Below are positions 27,385 through 42,290 of a DNA stretch of 64,000 nucleotides, piece by piece. The stretch lies in the NCBI RefSeq assembly GCF_006345805.1, contig NC_042998.1, positions 115,630,001-115,694,000 of the forward strand, read 5' to 3'. The translations under genes were made by a program, and so were the position numbers. The notes under the pieces are model-generated. The model saw only the letters and a program-made list of their open reading frames with translations. It had not been told where the DNA came from and ran no database searches. This DNA is from Octopus sinensis (taxonomy: Eukaryota). Every line of letters begins with the position of its first letter. Within the stretch, counting starts at the first letter, position 1.

Positions 27385-28325
27385 ACATACACATATTCCA
27401 GTTAACATAGAAATTGTATATTCTCAATACATATATATGTAATTCAAATATAAAAATCACATTTTATTTTGCTGTTATTTTGAAATTTGTTGTTTATTTA
27501 TTTATTCTCTAATTTACTATCTGTCACAAAATGTTGTATAGGTCTGTAGGACAAAACAGTCCGATCAAACGGATCTTTTGAGAAGAATTCCTTCGGAAGG
27601 AAGCTGATGTATGTATGTATATGTATGTATGTATGTAATTATGTATGTATGTATGCGGTTTGTTTGTATGTATGTGTATATCTATGCATTTATTACACCC
27701 CCCACACACATACACACACACGACCACATACGCACACACACACATTATATATATCTATGTACTGCACCACACAAAGCTCTCTCGTTATTTTAGATAATTA
27801 ACACGCACTGACAATGAAAGTATTGCTGGGCAAATGAGGTAATACAAATCTTTAGAAAACACACCTACATACACATATACACACATACATGCATAGATAA
27901 TATACAGATAGGTAGATAAATAGATAGATACATGCATATATGCATACGTGCGTGCATATATACATGCATACAAACATACATCTATACCTACACACATACA
28001 TATGTATGATGAAGACTCATCCAAAATAAGTATATGGTATTGAGTACTGCTTTTTCCGATATATATACGCGCGCGCACACAATACACAGTCACACACATA
28101 CATATACATAAATATAATTTTGTGGGTATGCGCGCGTGTGTCTGCATATGATTCGTGTGAGTATCCATACATGCCCTCAAATAAAGCTATTTCAGTCACA
28201 GCTTTATTTTCTTTCACGAATATGGAGAAGAATACAAGTAATGCCCCAAGATCTACTGAACTACATTTAGAAATTTCGGCAATTTGAAGCAAAAATTCAA
28301 GATCCACTTTAATATTCTAGAATGA

Positions 28326-28385
28326 ATATAAAAGTGTGTTAAGCCTTTGCAATTTATATAAAAGTGTGTTAAGCCTTTGCAATTT
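28326..28385. repeat. 30-bp exact tandem duplication
   Basis: atataaaagtgtgttaagcctttgcaattt x2. Confidence 0.9.
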
Positions 28386-28904
28386 AGTATCAGAAAATGA
28401 TACTAATTAATTTGAAAAAGAAAACTATTTAAATGTATAAGTGAAGTAAATTTTCATAAATTTTCTACAAATGCAGACACATTAATTTCTTCTTGCCTTC
28501 TGCAAAAGCACGCGGCCTTGGATGCACAACAAGCCGCATTTATAAAAATATATTGGTAAATGCACAAAATATTGAATTTTTAGAATTGTATTTTAAATTT
28601 TGACATATCCATATTTAAATATTTAATGTAAGGGAATTTATCAATATCGCAGACGCAAGAAACTTACGCTTCATTGCAATATGATGTACATGCATGCGCA
28701 ACAAGAAGTTGATTTTAGAAAGCCTTTTTTGTCTGTTATGCAGTTGTATTTGAAATATGTCTAATGATTATGTGAAGAGTTCTTGCTTGAGACTTGAAAC
28801 TTTATGTCACGGAAAAGTTAACACTTGCCATACTACAATATGTACTTGGGTATGGTAGAGGGCGGAAGAGATAAAGAGAAAGAGAGATTGAAAGAGATAT
28901 AGAT

Positions 28905-28978
<74 letters not shown>

Positions 28979-29257
28979 TATGCACGCGCATGTGTTTCCT
29001 TGTAAGTATGTTTGCACGCAGACATACATACATTAGCTGATATGAATAAAAGTCTGAAAGGGAATTGATGAATACTGCTGTCAGAGGTTCATAAAGCCGG
29101 TTAGTTTCTTTGTTTCCCTTAGATTGATACAGTAGTTGTAAGGGTACGAAGCTGTTTTTATTGCGTCTTTGCCAAGACATATAGATATGCCAAGTAATAT
29201 ACGTGAGTTGTCTCGAAAGTAATATATATATATATATATACATATATACATAAATAC

Positions 29258-29295
<38 letters not shown>

Positions 29296-31809
29296 CATGC
29301 AAGTAAGGAAAATGTATGTATATATGTATATATGTACAAATATATGTGTGAATTTATGGTAATATATGAAAACTCCAGAAAAATTGCTCAATATGTGGTG
29401 TAGCGAAATAAGGAGGCATGCAACGCCGAGTACTTAAGAACTTTGATTCGCCATTGTAAATCTCGGATTCCATCCTACTGCAAAGACATTTGGTAATGTC
29501 TATTGCATATATATTCCACCATAGCTTCGAGTAGATCTAATACTTTTGAATGGAATTAGGAAAATGAGAATCTGTTTAGAAGAGCATCGATGCGCTGCTC
29601 ATTATCTCAAAAAGCCTCGGTTTATATCAAAGTCATAAGTAACTGTGGGAATACTCAGTCACTTAGAATATAATTCAATCGATAGCTGCTTCTTGTCACC
29701 AAACAACTGAGTGACTCATCGTCGAGACTGACGGAGGATCTACTTAAAGCGATATGAAATTTAATAGAAGCTGGGTCTTCTCATGTGACTTTGTTCACTG
29801 CGTAACAACATGTCAGGCTATACTGATCATATATAGAACGCCTATCAATATATGGGCATATAAATGGTGAAGTTATAAAAATACTCGTATTTAAAAGTAG
29901 TTCTGATATATATTTCGAAAGAGCTTTTGTGAAGGATTGTTTGTTATGGGTTATTGAAAAGTGGATATGTAAGGCATGAGCAGTGCCGGCTATGAAGGAA
30001 AGAAAGAAATAACAAGAAACATAAAGAGTAAAAACAAGCGAAAAGAGTGACAAAGAAAAAAGCGAAAGGAATTTAGATCGTAAAGAGAAATAGAAAGACA
30101 AAAAAAATGACACAACGATAGTATTGGGAAAAATAGAGGAAGAGAGAAGAGTTTTGCACACAGTATATAAATAAACTTTAGAAATTGAAGGGTAATAGAG
30201 TTACCTGTAGAAGGATAGAATGAGAGAGCATAATATACAATATGATGAGATTTAGTGACATAAAAGCTAATTATAAACATTTACGATTTATGGGCCAGGA
30301 AAGGTAACTCTAATGCTGACTAAATGGTATTTTGAATTTATTGAGTAAAAGTTAGAATTTCAACTCAGAATATCCTTAAAAGTGAAGCAAGATTTCTAAA
30401 TTCTTGCAGATGCGTAAATCATTGAATCATTTAACAATTGGTTATAGGATTTTCTGCAGTACAAAGGTTTCCATTTGATGTTCAAGTTGTGTATTTGTCA
30501 TTCAAGTTCAAAGCGTATTTTGATAATTATTACTCGCTGAGGAACCTTTAGAACGTAATATATTATGGTTATATTGTATTTTAAATAGGTAAGCCGTTAA
30601 ACTGATATAATCTTCATCAGAGATACTTCATAACTGTTATATTCATCAGAGATACTTCAGTATAACAATTTCCAGAGCTTGTCAAACATCTAACGATCAG
30701 AGATAATCAGAGTTAAATTATATGTTTAACGACGTATCGCTGTGTCTCCATTTCACTTTTTCTTTCTTTCGGTTTTCCTACACATATCTCTCCTTTCAGT
30801 CACTCTTACTCTTGTTTTCCCTACTCACGTCACACCTACGTACCCATCACTAAATAACCAATGTCGGACTTTTCCTCACAAATATAATTATGTACTTCTA
30901 GTCGTGTTATTTCTTTCAAATTATGTGACTTCCCAAATTATAGGTTCGAATATAAATGAATTTTATATCACTACAGCCTGACCAGCCAAAATGGGGAAGT
31001 TCAATGTCGCACTGATGAAACGTCCATTCCTATTTAATCACACACACACACACACACACACACCACATATACACATTACACATACGCACAACATTACACA
31101 CACACACACACACACCACATATACACATTACACATACGCACAACACCACACACACACACAATTTGTTTGTGGAACACTGAAACTCGAAACAGATAAAGCT
31201 ATAAATAATAGCTCCTTTGGATGGTAGAAGTCGCAAGTTGCTCGCGGGACTCGAGCTTTCATTTCTACCATTGGACCTAAGCAATCCTTTGAATTTCTCT
31301 ATCCATATTAGAATCACTCTGCTTACCAGCAAGAATTGTATGTTGTTGACATGATAAGGATTTACAAACTTCGAAAGAATGTGAAATAACTCTATATTCT
31401 GGAACGGTGAAAAACGAAGCAGTTAAACCCACAAATAATAGGCATTGGGTAAAAATACCCCCAGGGTAGAAAAAGTCATAGGCTACATGTTGGACTTGAA
31501 CCGTCATCTCCTATAAACACAACAGACGTTCTACTATTGGTAACAGTAAAGTTTCTAAAATGGATAGTGAAATTCGAAGAGATTTAGTCCAAAGGTAAAA
31601 CGTCTATCATATTTACAGATGTGGTTTCGAGTCTCACATGTATCCTTCGACTTTTGTATCGAAGCTGTATTTTAACATAATATATCTATATCTATATATG
31701 TCCTATATCTACTGTAAAGCATATATACCCGTTTCTTTTGTATAAAATCCTCACCAATATAACAACTGAGTACTATTATTTATGTTTCGAATTTCACCTT
31801 CTTAACAGG

Positions 31810-32118
31810 TTCTCCGTCGATTACGACGATGAATGTTCCAGTTGATCGGACCAAAGGAACAGCTCGAAATTAACGTACAAGTGGCTTAGCACACCACAAA
31901 TACGCGTACTCTTAGCGTAGTTCTCGAGGAGATTCAGTGTGAGGCAGAATATTTTAAAGCTGGCTCTTTGAATTACAGGTACAACTCATTTTTATCAGTT
32001 GAGTGAACTGGAGCAATATGAAATAAAGTTTCTTGCTCAAGGACACAACGTGTCGCCAGGTATTGAATCCAATCTTTTGAGCGTGAGTCGAATACCCTAA
32101 CCACTAAGCCACGCGTCT
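31810..32118 (-). mobile_element. tRNA-derived SINE (same family)
   Basis: Reverse complement of head tggcttagtggttaggg; CORE-like ccttgagcaag block; shared tail. Confidence 0.78.
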
Positions 32119-32206
32119 TCTCAAGATGCGTGACTGGGAGTTTCACCGTAGATAAAATAAAATACAAGAATTATTTCGTATTCTCGATTATCAATATAAA
32201 CATATA

Positions 32207-32255
<49 letters not shown>

Positions 32256-33057
32256 TTAAACATTCGACTAGCAAACCAACATGATGTTAAATGGAGAGTA
32301 TTCAAGATTTATTCAGTGAATTCCAACAAAATAGAATTTGTTTTGGTTATTTAAAACCTTTAGTACAGAAATGTCATATCTTTGAAAAACGCTCTAAACA
32401 GCGATAAGAATCTGTGTTTTGTAAGAAATTATTGAATACATTCTGCTTACTCAGTAATTAGCATCGAGTTCTTTATATGTGCAACTAACTGTAAATATGT
32501 ATATAAATGAGTGTATATGTATGTGTAAATATATAGTTATGTATGCATATATCTTGTTTATATACAAGTGAAAACAGTTTATGAATAAAGTTAGCAATAT
32601 CTATTTATGTGTGTGTGTGACTGTATGTATTAAACAGATATTCTAAACTGAAGCACATGGTTTATGATCCAACGACAGGGCCTCTGGACAGGTATTCGAG
32701 TTGATAGAAAAGTCAGTTAAGTGTATATCATCGCAAACTATCTTTAAAAATAAAGCAAGAACAAATCGAATAATCTAGTCTAGATGCACTCTTCCTGAAA
32801 ACTAGGCAAGATGGACACATGTCAAATGCTTTTTTTTTCCTAGGTCTGTTCTATAATTACCTTGAGTGCCTTAAGTGTAAATACCAACAACAGTCAGTAT
32901 CTTACAACTGTTTTTCATAGAACACTGCTTAGATGGAGGACTGTTTTATATATAATATAAATCCCTCTATCCTATATCTACTGTAAAGCATATATGCTCG
33001 TTTCTTTTGTATAAAATCCTCACCAATATAACAACTAAGTAGGATTTGTTTCCTTAC

Positions 33058-33418
33058 CTTTCTTGTGATTGTTACTTGAATTGTAGGTTTTTGATTTCCG
33101 ATCAATTTTCCTTCCATCTTTGAAAGACCTCTTGGCTGCCTTTTTCAAATTATGATTTTTGATTTTTGCTACGTTCGGCAATGGTCTTCTATCGAACTGA
33201 GTGTTAGCATTTCTTGGCGAAGATGTTCTGTAAAATTGCTTGATTCTTGAGTGTATATTTTTTATCATCTGCGAATGTGAACGTTCTCGATGGTTTCGAA
33301 GGTCTTTCAAACCATTTTTCCTCGTGATAGGTGGATGAGTTGGATATTTATTTTGTGAAGAATTATCTGGCATCCAATATTCATAGTTGAGTCCTTTGTT
33401 GTGTTCTTTATAAAGTAA
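33058..33418 (-). CDS. ADAMTSL5: ADAMTSL5-like protein, exon E (end of spacer plus long basic linker)
   Basis: tcttctttctag acceptor, gtaagg donor; 361 nt = 120 codons + 1, fully open; begins LLYKEHNKGLNYEYWMP (spacer end 'L.Q..N.G..YEY'). Confidence 0.87.
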
Positions 33419-35476
33419 CTAGAAAGAAGAACAACTAATGTATTATTTCCTGACTTCTTACTGAAATGAAGAGGGTGTTTTGTATATGAAAGAAGGTGTA
33501 TGTGTGTGAGTGCGTGCATGTGTGTGAGTGTGTGTGAGTATGTGTGAATGTGTGTGAATGTGTGTGTGAAAGAGAGAGAGAGATAGAATGGGAGATAGCT
33601 AGATAGAGAGAGAGAGAAACAGGGAAAGAAAGAGAGAGAGAGAGAAGCCAACAGACAGACAGTTACATCGAATCCATATAGTGTAGGTGTGCCGTTCACT
33701 TTGCCGGTGAGCAATTTCGGGTTCAATCTCACAGCACAGCTCCTTAAGCATTCTCTTCTATCAAGTAAGCCCTTTTGGAAGAAAATTAGTCATAGGTTAG
33801 TAAGGCCAGTTTCCGTATTCTGTTGTGTATACACTACCCTCACTCTGGACGGACCCGGTCAGTCGCAAGATTTTAACTTTTGTTAGATGAGTCAACTAGA
33901 CCAACGTGAAACGAATTGTTTTGCTCAAGAACACGTGTTGAAGTGTCCAGGAATCGAAACCATAATCTTATGATCATGTGTGTAATGGTTAACTCCTAAA
34001 CCACATGCAATCCCGCTGCGGTGGCTCTTCTTGTTTATATATAAAGGTGTTAACCCCTTGCAGATAGAAAGTGGTACTGACCGCATTACAACAATGTATG
34101 TGAACAGTGCGGTGTATCGTTCTGTGCAGCACCGAGTTTTCGAATATTTCACACCGAGAAGAATTCCTTGTATGAAAAATTATGTTGTTACTGAACGACC
34201 TAATACAAGTTCACGGCATAGATTGTTCATACGCGGCCTCCACTTTTTTAACAAATTGTCAGGGAATGTAGAGTAGTACTCGCGTATCTCATTTCAATTT
34301 TTAGGGCAGCAAGGCAGGTGGATAAAAAGATAATTGTTTTTCTTAAACCATTCATCGTAACCAACTTGCAGCACACGAAACTATACTAAATGCTCATATA
34401 GACGTTAAATCGGTCGGGTTAAGTCTTTCATTCAGGAAATCGGAACGTAAAGAGCATAGAGAAATACTCCAAGACATTTCGGAGAATATTCTTACAATTC
34501 TACCAGTTCAAAGCCATGCCCTTTGACTGGGATATTATTTTATCAAGTCCAAATTTTGACCGCGACAATATTTGATCATACAAGGCTGAGGGATGGAACA
34601 AATACCGCAAAGCATTTTGTACTATGCTCTAACTACTCAGCTAATTGACAGGTTTAATACCACTATCTCTCAATGCTTGCGATTTAGCAATGTTGTCTGT
34701 GCTGTATGTTCTCGGGTAGGTCTACTTCTAGAGAGTACCTTTCAAACTTCTAAGTCGCAAGTCACAGAGCAGTTAAGAACTCTCTGCTACAATTCATTCT
34801 CAGTCACAAAATAACATGCACGGTTTTGCCTGAGAAGGGAAAGATGGCAGGGAGAGACAGAGAGATAGCTTGTGTATATGTGTGAAAGAGAGGGAGAGGG
34901 AGAGAAAGAAAGACAAATGGATTTAGATGCGGTTAGCAAGTAACACAAAGCAATCAAAATAAGTGGAAACGATAATATCGAATTGCTTATATACATATGT
35001 GTGTGTGTGTGTCCGTGTGTGTGTGAGTGTGTGTATGCGTGCATATATGTGCCTATATATATATATATATATATATATACATACATGCATATATATATAT
35101 GTATATACACATATAAATATACATACATACATTAATATATATATATGTGTATTCATTTATAAGTAAAGGTATATGCATATATTTATTGCGCTTGTGCATG
35201 TATGTATAGGTATCTGTGTGTGTGGATGTATTCATATAAATTTATATACATATAAATATTATATGAGCGTTTGCACATGTGTGTATGTATGTGCATGTGT
35301 GTTTCTGTGTATGGGTGTGTTTGTCTGTGTGTTTGTGTGAATGGTTTAACTGTTTGTACAATTTTAATAGAACTCAACGTGATATTCATCGCTGTTTCCG
35401 TTCCATTTTCCAGGCTAACTACACAACGACATGCAAGATATAAAGAGGTATATAATAATTCTAATTGCAACCTTAC

Positions 35477-35640
35477 CAATACATAGATTTTTTCCTTTGT
35501 TGGACCGACTATTCGAAGTGATTCGTTCTTGTTTCCATCACGTTCGTAAAATAGTTCTGTTCCAGCAATATTTTTCCTTCCTGAAGATTCTACGTTATAG
35601 TTTCCATTCAATTCAAACGTCTTGTTTGCCGACATCAAAG
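35477..35640 (-). CDS. ADAMTSL5: ADAMTSL5-like protein, exon D (spacer)
   Basis: aag acceptor, gtaagg donor; 164 nt = 2 + 54 codons; (A)LMSANKTFELNGNYNVESSGRKNIAGTELFYERDGNKNESLRIVGPTKEKIYVL has the spacer 'LNG...AGT...Y.R....E.L...GPT' pattern. Confidence 0.92.
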
Positions 35641-37001
35641 CTTTAATGTATATATTGTAGAAAAGATCAGAAGAAAAATATAAGAATACTGCAAAGGATT
35701 AACAATTAACGTTATATATGGCACGCACTCAGTTCCCATTTCCTTTACATATTTATATATTTGACTGTGGTTTCGAAGGACCTAATAGTTTGACTTGCTA
35801 GAAAAGCATCCAAGTTTCCCTCAAATCACATTCTATTTATTTTGAATAAGGATGATACATTGGAGATATTTGTCCCTGACTTATAAGAAGACATGATAAT
35901 AATGCTTGGAAAGTCTTGTTCAGGCCATAGATTTCCTTGATAAGGACAAACTAGGGCTAAGCAACAACAACGACGAAAAATATTTGACTCCAAGTGAGCT
36001 ATACTTCACGTGGATAATGTTCTACTAAATAGACTCTACCAGAAAAAGTACGGAATGGCATTGCTGGAAAGCTTTTGATCATAAGCCTGCTCAATTTGAG
36101 TTGACCCGGGGCCAAGCAACAATACATCTGATCCAAGATTAACAAACATTAAGTAAAACTGAAGTAAATAACGATGTCTCCTCTTGGTTTTTTGAACGAC
36201 TAGAATTAGCAGAACTCCTATCATACTGTCTTAATAACAAAGGATAGATTTTACACTCTAGTCTTCGATGCTCTATATCTCAATAATAAAAACGACGGAA
36301 TGGTCACGCCTCGAATGCCTTTCATCACACATCTATTCGGCCACAGTTGACCCTACCATACCAGCAGGTATGTGTCGAACTTATTCTTAATACATAGGCC
36401 TAAGTGTTTGAAATCTTTAATTTTATTCGTTTATATACAATAGGTATAAGTAGTTGCATGGGATGGTCAAAACTAAATATTTTTCATCTCACATTCAGAG
36501 TTCACAATGGGATAAATGCCAAGGAGAATATCAAGGTGGCATTTTTCCAGCATTAGAGCATTTTTTTTTATTTTGTCATCTCTTTGACAATTTGGCACTA
36601 TTTTGTCATAAGTGATATTATGCATATATGTAAATGGCCTGCATTTAGATGTACGCTATAGAACTAATATGCTTATCTACACAGTTCTTATATTCGTTCA
36701 ATGGCTCCCCACTCTGGACTGCAACCATACTGTAGCAATATTTTCAAGGGTTTACTTGATCATATCGATGTCAGCATTTATTTAATATTGCTTCATTCTT
36801 ATTTTATTAGATTTATTTGTCCAATTTGTACGAGACATAAACAGACGTTCACCGATTTTCATCCCTCACCTCCCTCACCTCACATATACTTCAGCAATGC
36901 AACTACCATCTTTGGACTTTTTTTGTGCACTTCCTCACGCTCGTTTTTTCCCCCTCTTTTTATTCATCTATTTGAATTATTTGTTTATCTGAAATGACTA
37001 C

Positions 37002-37049
<48 letters not shown>

Positions 37050-37699
37050 TATATATACGTGTGTGCGTATGTATGTCATTATTCAGTTTATTTCAAGTTT
37101 TTTCCCAATAGAGAAAGAACCGGTTTCTAACCTAGGTCCAACGTTCCTTCATTGGAATTTCAACATCAACAACAGTGTATTTTTATTTGTTTGTATCTAT
37201 ATAGGTGTGCATGTGTATGGGAGGTGCAGCATCAACACGCAGTGCAAGACCAACACAAAAGCACGTGGGTTGATTGGTTGCGAAGAGAACTACTTCTAAA
37301 CAACGCAGCCTATATGTGAAGTGAAGTATTGAAAATTTTGTACTACTGGCTCTTATCTACCTCTATTTGAATATGTTTTGCACTGCTATGATAACTACCT
37401 TAATTGAAAGAAATTGTATTGCTGTTATGTAGCCATATATGTGAATAAATTTCTATTGATTTCGCTTTTTGTGTAACAGACTTTGTTATTCCTATAACTC
37501 ATACCTCGTCTGGCGTAAATCCAAATAACTTACTAAAACAAAATTTCGGAAAATATAAAGAAAGGAAGAAATAAAAATAAAAAAAAGAATTTTGTTTTAA
37601 ATTTTCCATAGAAGTCATCGATAAAGAAAATGTGGTCTTCCGAACTTCAGTAATTTCTTAGATAACAGAAGGGACACGCAATCACTCCAACGTGTAAAG

Positions 37700-40600
37700 G
37701 AGACCTAAAATTATTTAAAACAGACAAAGAACTAATATTTTCATATATAGAAGATGTGTGAAGTCGTGGTGAGAATGATGCTAAAATGTGTACAGCGTGT
37801 TTCAGACACTGACTTTATTTTCTTTCACAAATCTTCAAAGCGTCTTTGGTTGCAGGTTTTCAATAGGGGAATCACTGGTTCACTTCATTTCTGACGGTGC
37901 GATTGATAAGTGACGGTCCGTAATTAAATGTACTAGATGATAAACAGTTGTAACAAGGGACTTCATCCATAAATCACCATTATTTCAGGTTTCTCTCTGG
38001 TGCTTATAATTGTTGATGTTATACGTGTATAACATTATTAGTGTATAACATTATTAGTGCACACACACTGACACACACACACACACACGCACATAAATGT
38101 ATAGGCGTGTATGTATGATGCACACATGAGTTTATGTGCATATGCGTATATATAAGTTTGTGTGTATGTATGTGTGTGTGTGTGTATGTGTGTGTACGTG
38201 GACCTATAGATTTCTAACTCACTAATCACAGGGTCACTTCAATCACGATGAAAGAAGTGTCTGTACACTCGGCTTTTGAATATTTATATCTCACCGACTG
38301 AAAAGGTTTCAAGGTGATTATTTCTGGTGGTATATTTCAAATTTTGACAGTTGAGCACAGAATGTTCCTAGGCCTTGGCATCTGGTTGATAGGCCACGTG
38401 TAAGAGTATAAGCGGTATCATTCATTCTGCAACGGCAACATTACTCTGCGTTTCGATGGGTTGTGGACTATATGCATTTTGTAGAGCGTTGTTGTTGCAG
38501 AAAACATTAGCATTGTCGAGTACAACGATCCTATGCTTTGAGAATGAATTGAGTTGATTATTCTCTGTAAGACAGAGGCTATTAATCTGTTTTCTTTAGA
38601 ACTTTCTTTCAACTTTATATAAATGCTGATAAACTGTGTCCAATAAATTTGGCAATAAATTTGGCTCAATAATTATAGAAATATAATGGACTGTTTGCAA
38701 CTTCAAAGTCATTATTATCTACATATTTACACTTAAAGGTAATTAAAATTTTAGTAACTGAAATGCAAAGTTAGTTTTCAAAAATGAATATGAACTGAAC
38801 TGATTAGAAAATAAAACGAGGAAATTTAATCCATTAAAAAACAAAAACAAAAAAAAATATTTTATGTTATAATAGCAACTAACTGTTTAATATCGGATTC
38901 AGTGTCTGGTAAACAATGTCTCGAGTTTCTTCTGTCAAGGATTTTGCAGTCTATTTCACTACGTAGTTAGCGATTGCTATACGACGCTGAATTTCCATCG
39001 GTTAGAAAATAGAGGGTAAAAGCAATTTAATTTTATATGAAAACTTTGGATGCTTATTCTGCACCTTTAACCGCTTTACTGAAACCGAGTTTCAGAATTA
39101 TTCTCTATGTCTTATTAGTCTTCAGGTAAGTTTTGTATGAGTAAAATGTACATTGAAAGGAAACGAATTTATGGCCAACTCAGGTATATTCAATTCATGA
39201 AAGTTTTATAATCTTATCTTCATATCATTTTTTAGAGAGTGAAGTAGGAGAAAGTAACACATGAAATCTGTATTTAATATCCTATCGCTATTATTCTCTT
39301 CTTTTATTATTTATATACGCGATAACTGCTGAAAGTTTCCTCTCTCGCAAGGCTATTTTTGTAAATGTAATTTTACACATAAAAAAAAAATTGTAATTAC
39401 TTTGCATTATTTAATAAGGTTCATATTTCGTCTCTAAAACTTGATGTTCATCTCATTTTATTTGTTAAAGATGCCAAAATGATAAGCGATATCAACCCTT
39501 TGGCGTTCTAGCTCATTGTGTAGTTTCTCACCTCATAACTTAATAAAAAAAATAGCCCTGCAGTGATCCTAGAGTCGTTGCTGACAATTTCTCCCAGAAA
39601 GGAGTGGTATGTCGTTATCTAGTAGCGAATGTTCAAATTCTTGTAAATTTCCATGCTAATTTTACGTAAAAAAAGACAATACGATGAACAAGCTTTTACA
39701 TTATTCACAGATTTAATAACGCTGTGAAAAACTTAATGTAGTCAGCAGCATGAGACGTCATGCAATTCAGTGATGAGCAAAGCAATGGAACTCATTTATC
39801 TAGAACCACTTGTTTTAAATGTTGTATAAATTCAAGGTGGCGATAACTCATAGTTATTGCTTCAGCAGTTGCCCATGCATTAAAATTTGTGAAGCGAATA
39901 TCTTAGTACTAACGAAATGTTAATTACTTATTAACAAGGTGTTTAATCTGTAATTGCTCTATCAAGTGCAGAAACTTTTGTATTAATTTACCATTGCTTT
40001 GTAATTAGAGACTCTTCTAAAACTTCTTAGCAGGTATCTGAATAATGCAAGCAGGCTAATATCAAAATTCATTGTCACGTAAATTTGTTTCAGCTAGATG
40101 AAAATTCTGTAGTTTCGAAATTACCAGAATTGTTTTTTAATGTCATGAGTCACTTCGTAAATTCTGTTTTTATATTCATCTATAGCTGAATTAGTATGGC
40201 TATATTAATTTTACCAGGGCGCATAAACAATAAATAAGAAAGACAGCAATCCCAATTCACTTATTCAAACCATTTGTTACTTCCTTCAACAACTATTCTT
40301 CCAGTTTTTACTTCTTCGCTTGAGAGAAACTTTATTCGAATCTTAAGCACTTTTCGAACTGTTCATTGGGCGAGATAACTCCAGATTACAAATATTTACA
40401 TCATTATTAACGACACTTTCATTTTAAAATTTTCCTGTTGCGAACTGAAATATCAATATTCAAATAAACACTTGTTATCTTAATGAAGGTCTAGATAAAC
40501 ATCTCCAAGCTACAATGAACGCACTATGAAATAATTTGAGGATTTATTTTTTACTGGTCTGAAAATATTTGATTACATGGCATAATTAATTTTAATAGTG

Positions 40601-41300
40601 GAACGAATCTTGACTACATGGAAGTTGACAAATACTTATAAATAAATAAAAGCCACAACAATTACACTATTCAATATTTTCCTCGTATATTACACATTGA
40701 TATTTTACTTGAAAATATTTCCCACTTAAATGTTTTTCAACAATGCTGCTGTGGACGAAAATCAAACCGATGTCCCTTTATTTATTCAAGTGGTTCGTTT
40801 CATTAGCTTGACTACTACTCCTCTCTTTTAATGGAAATTCAACGAGACCATTATGACCATGCAATTGAGAGGCATACTTCAACACATTAACGTGTATACA
40901 TATTTGTTGCAAAAATTATCTCACCATTCACTACAAAAAAAAAAGCAACAATAAAAATTACAGCGTTCAACAATGAAGGCATTCACGAATGGAAGTCTTC
41001 AAATTAAGACACTTTCGCTTTTTGTGTGTCAATTCTAAAGTCCACCATTTCTTGTTCTAACGTTCCAGTGAGGTTTATACTAGCTATTAGGAAATAAATG
41101 ACCACTTGTCAATCATTTTAATCTTTTTGAGGAAGATTTTATCCTACTACAGATTTAAGTCGTTTATAACTTGCTAATTTAGATTATGATGGCATTAACT
41201 TTATTGATTAAAATTAGTATAAAATAAAGTTGCTGATCTAAAACATTTCAATCTTCAATAATATTTAATTAGTTTTAATTAGTTCATTCACTGATAAATA
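37700..41300 (-). mobile_element. Possible highly decayed hAT transposase relic
   Basis: 3.5-kb microsatellite-poor block; minus strand shows HCFAH..LN (near 39770-39790) and a weak C-terminal dimerisation-like segment; boundaries approximate. Confidence 0.35.
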
Positions 41301-41974
41301 AGAACGATGAATTCTTTTTGATTATAGCGTACCGTCTTCCACTTTGTCGAACTATAGCTGGCATTACTTCATTTGCTGGCTGTCGGAGATATTTTTGCGC
41401 TCTGCTGCGCTCGTTCTTGTGTATCATCAAAGTTATTTTTTATGCAATTAAAAATATTTTTGTGTTTTTGTGTTGTTGTATTTAAAACTGACATAAAGAG
41501 ATAGTATCAGATTTTGTCGTTCTTGCTAGTCGAGAAGAACAACAAGAGAAGAAGAACAACAACATCTAAACAATCCGAGAGAATCAATCACATTAACTTC
41601 TCAAAGAACCACATCACAAAATGGTTGATATCAATGACACATCTAATAATTCAACCACAACGACACAGAATAATTCAACCTCAGCAAAAATATAAAAAAT
41701 GGCTCTTATTTGCTGTCAAAAACATCCCCGATGATAAACAATATGGCCAAAGTAAACCTTCAAAAACAAAAAAAGTAAAGAAAAGAAAAAATGCTAAAAT
41801 TTCGTGAGTGCCAAACAAAAAGTAAATGGCACGTTGTTGGCAATGAGTGCCCTATATAAATAATAACCTTATTTCACAAATAGCGCATAAGTGCCTACAA
41901 ACTTTTACTCTTTGATCTCTACGTATGCATACGGGCTTCAAGAGACTGTCTGTCGATCTGTCTGTCTGTCTAAC

Positions 41975-41975
41975 A

Positions 41976-42067
<92 letters not shown>

Positions 42068-42123
42068 GTCTGTTTGTCTGTCTATGTAGACACACATGTA
42101 CATTTATGTATATATATGTGTGT

Positions 42124-42176
<53 letters not shown>

Positions 42177-42235
42177 AGTGTGTGTGTGTGTGTATATATA
42201 TAGATAGTTAGATAGATAGATAGATAGATAGATAT

Positions 42236-42286
<51 letters not shown>

Positions 42287-42290
42287 CACA
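41975..42290. repeat. (TCTA)n and (GATA)n tracts flanking TA/TG repeats
   Basis: Complementary tetranucleotide tracts at 41977-42066 and 42200-42285. Confidence 0.9.
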
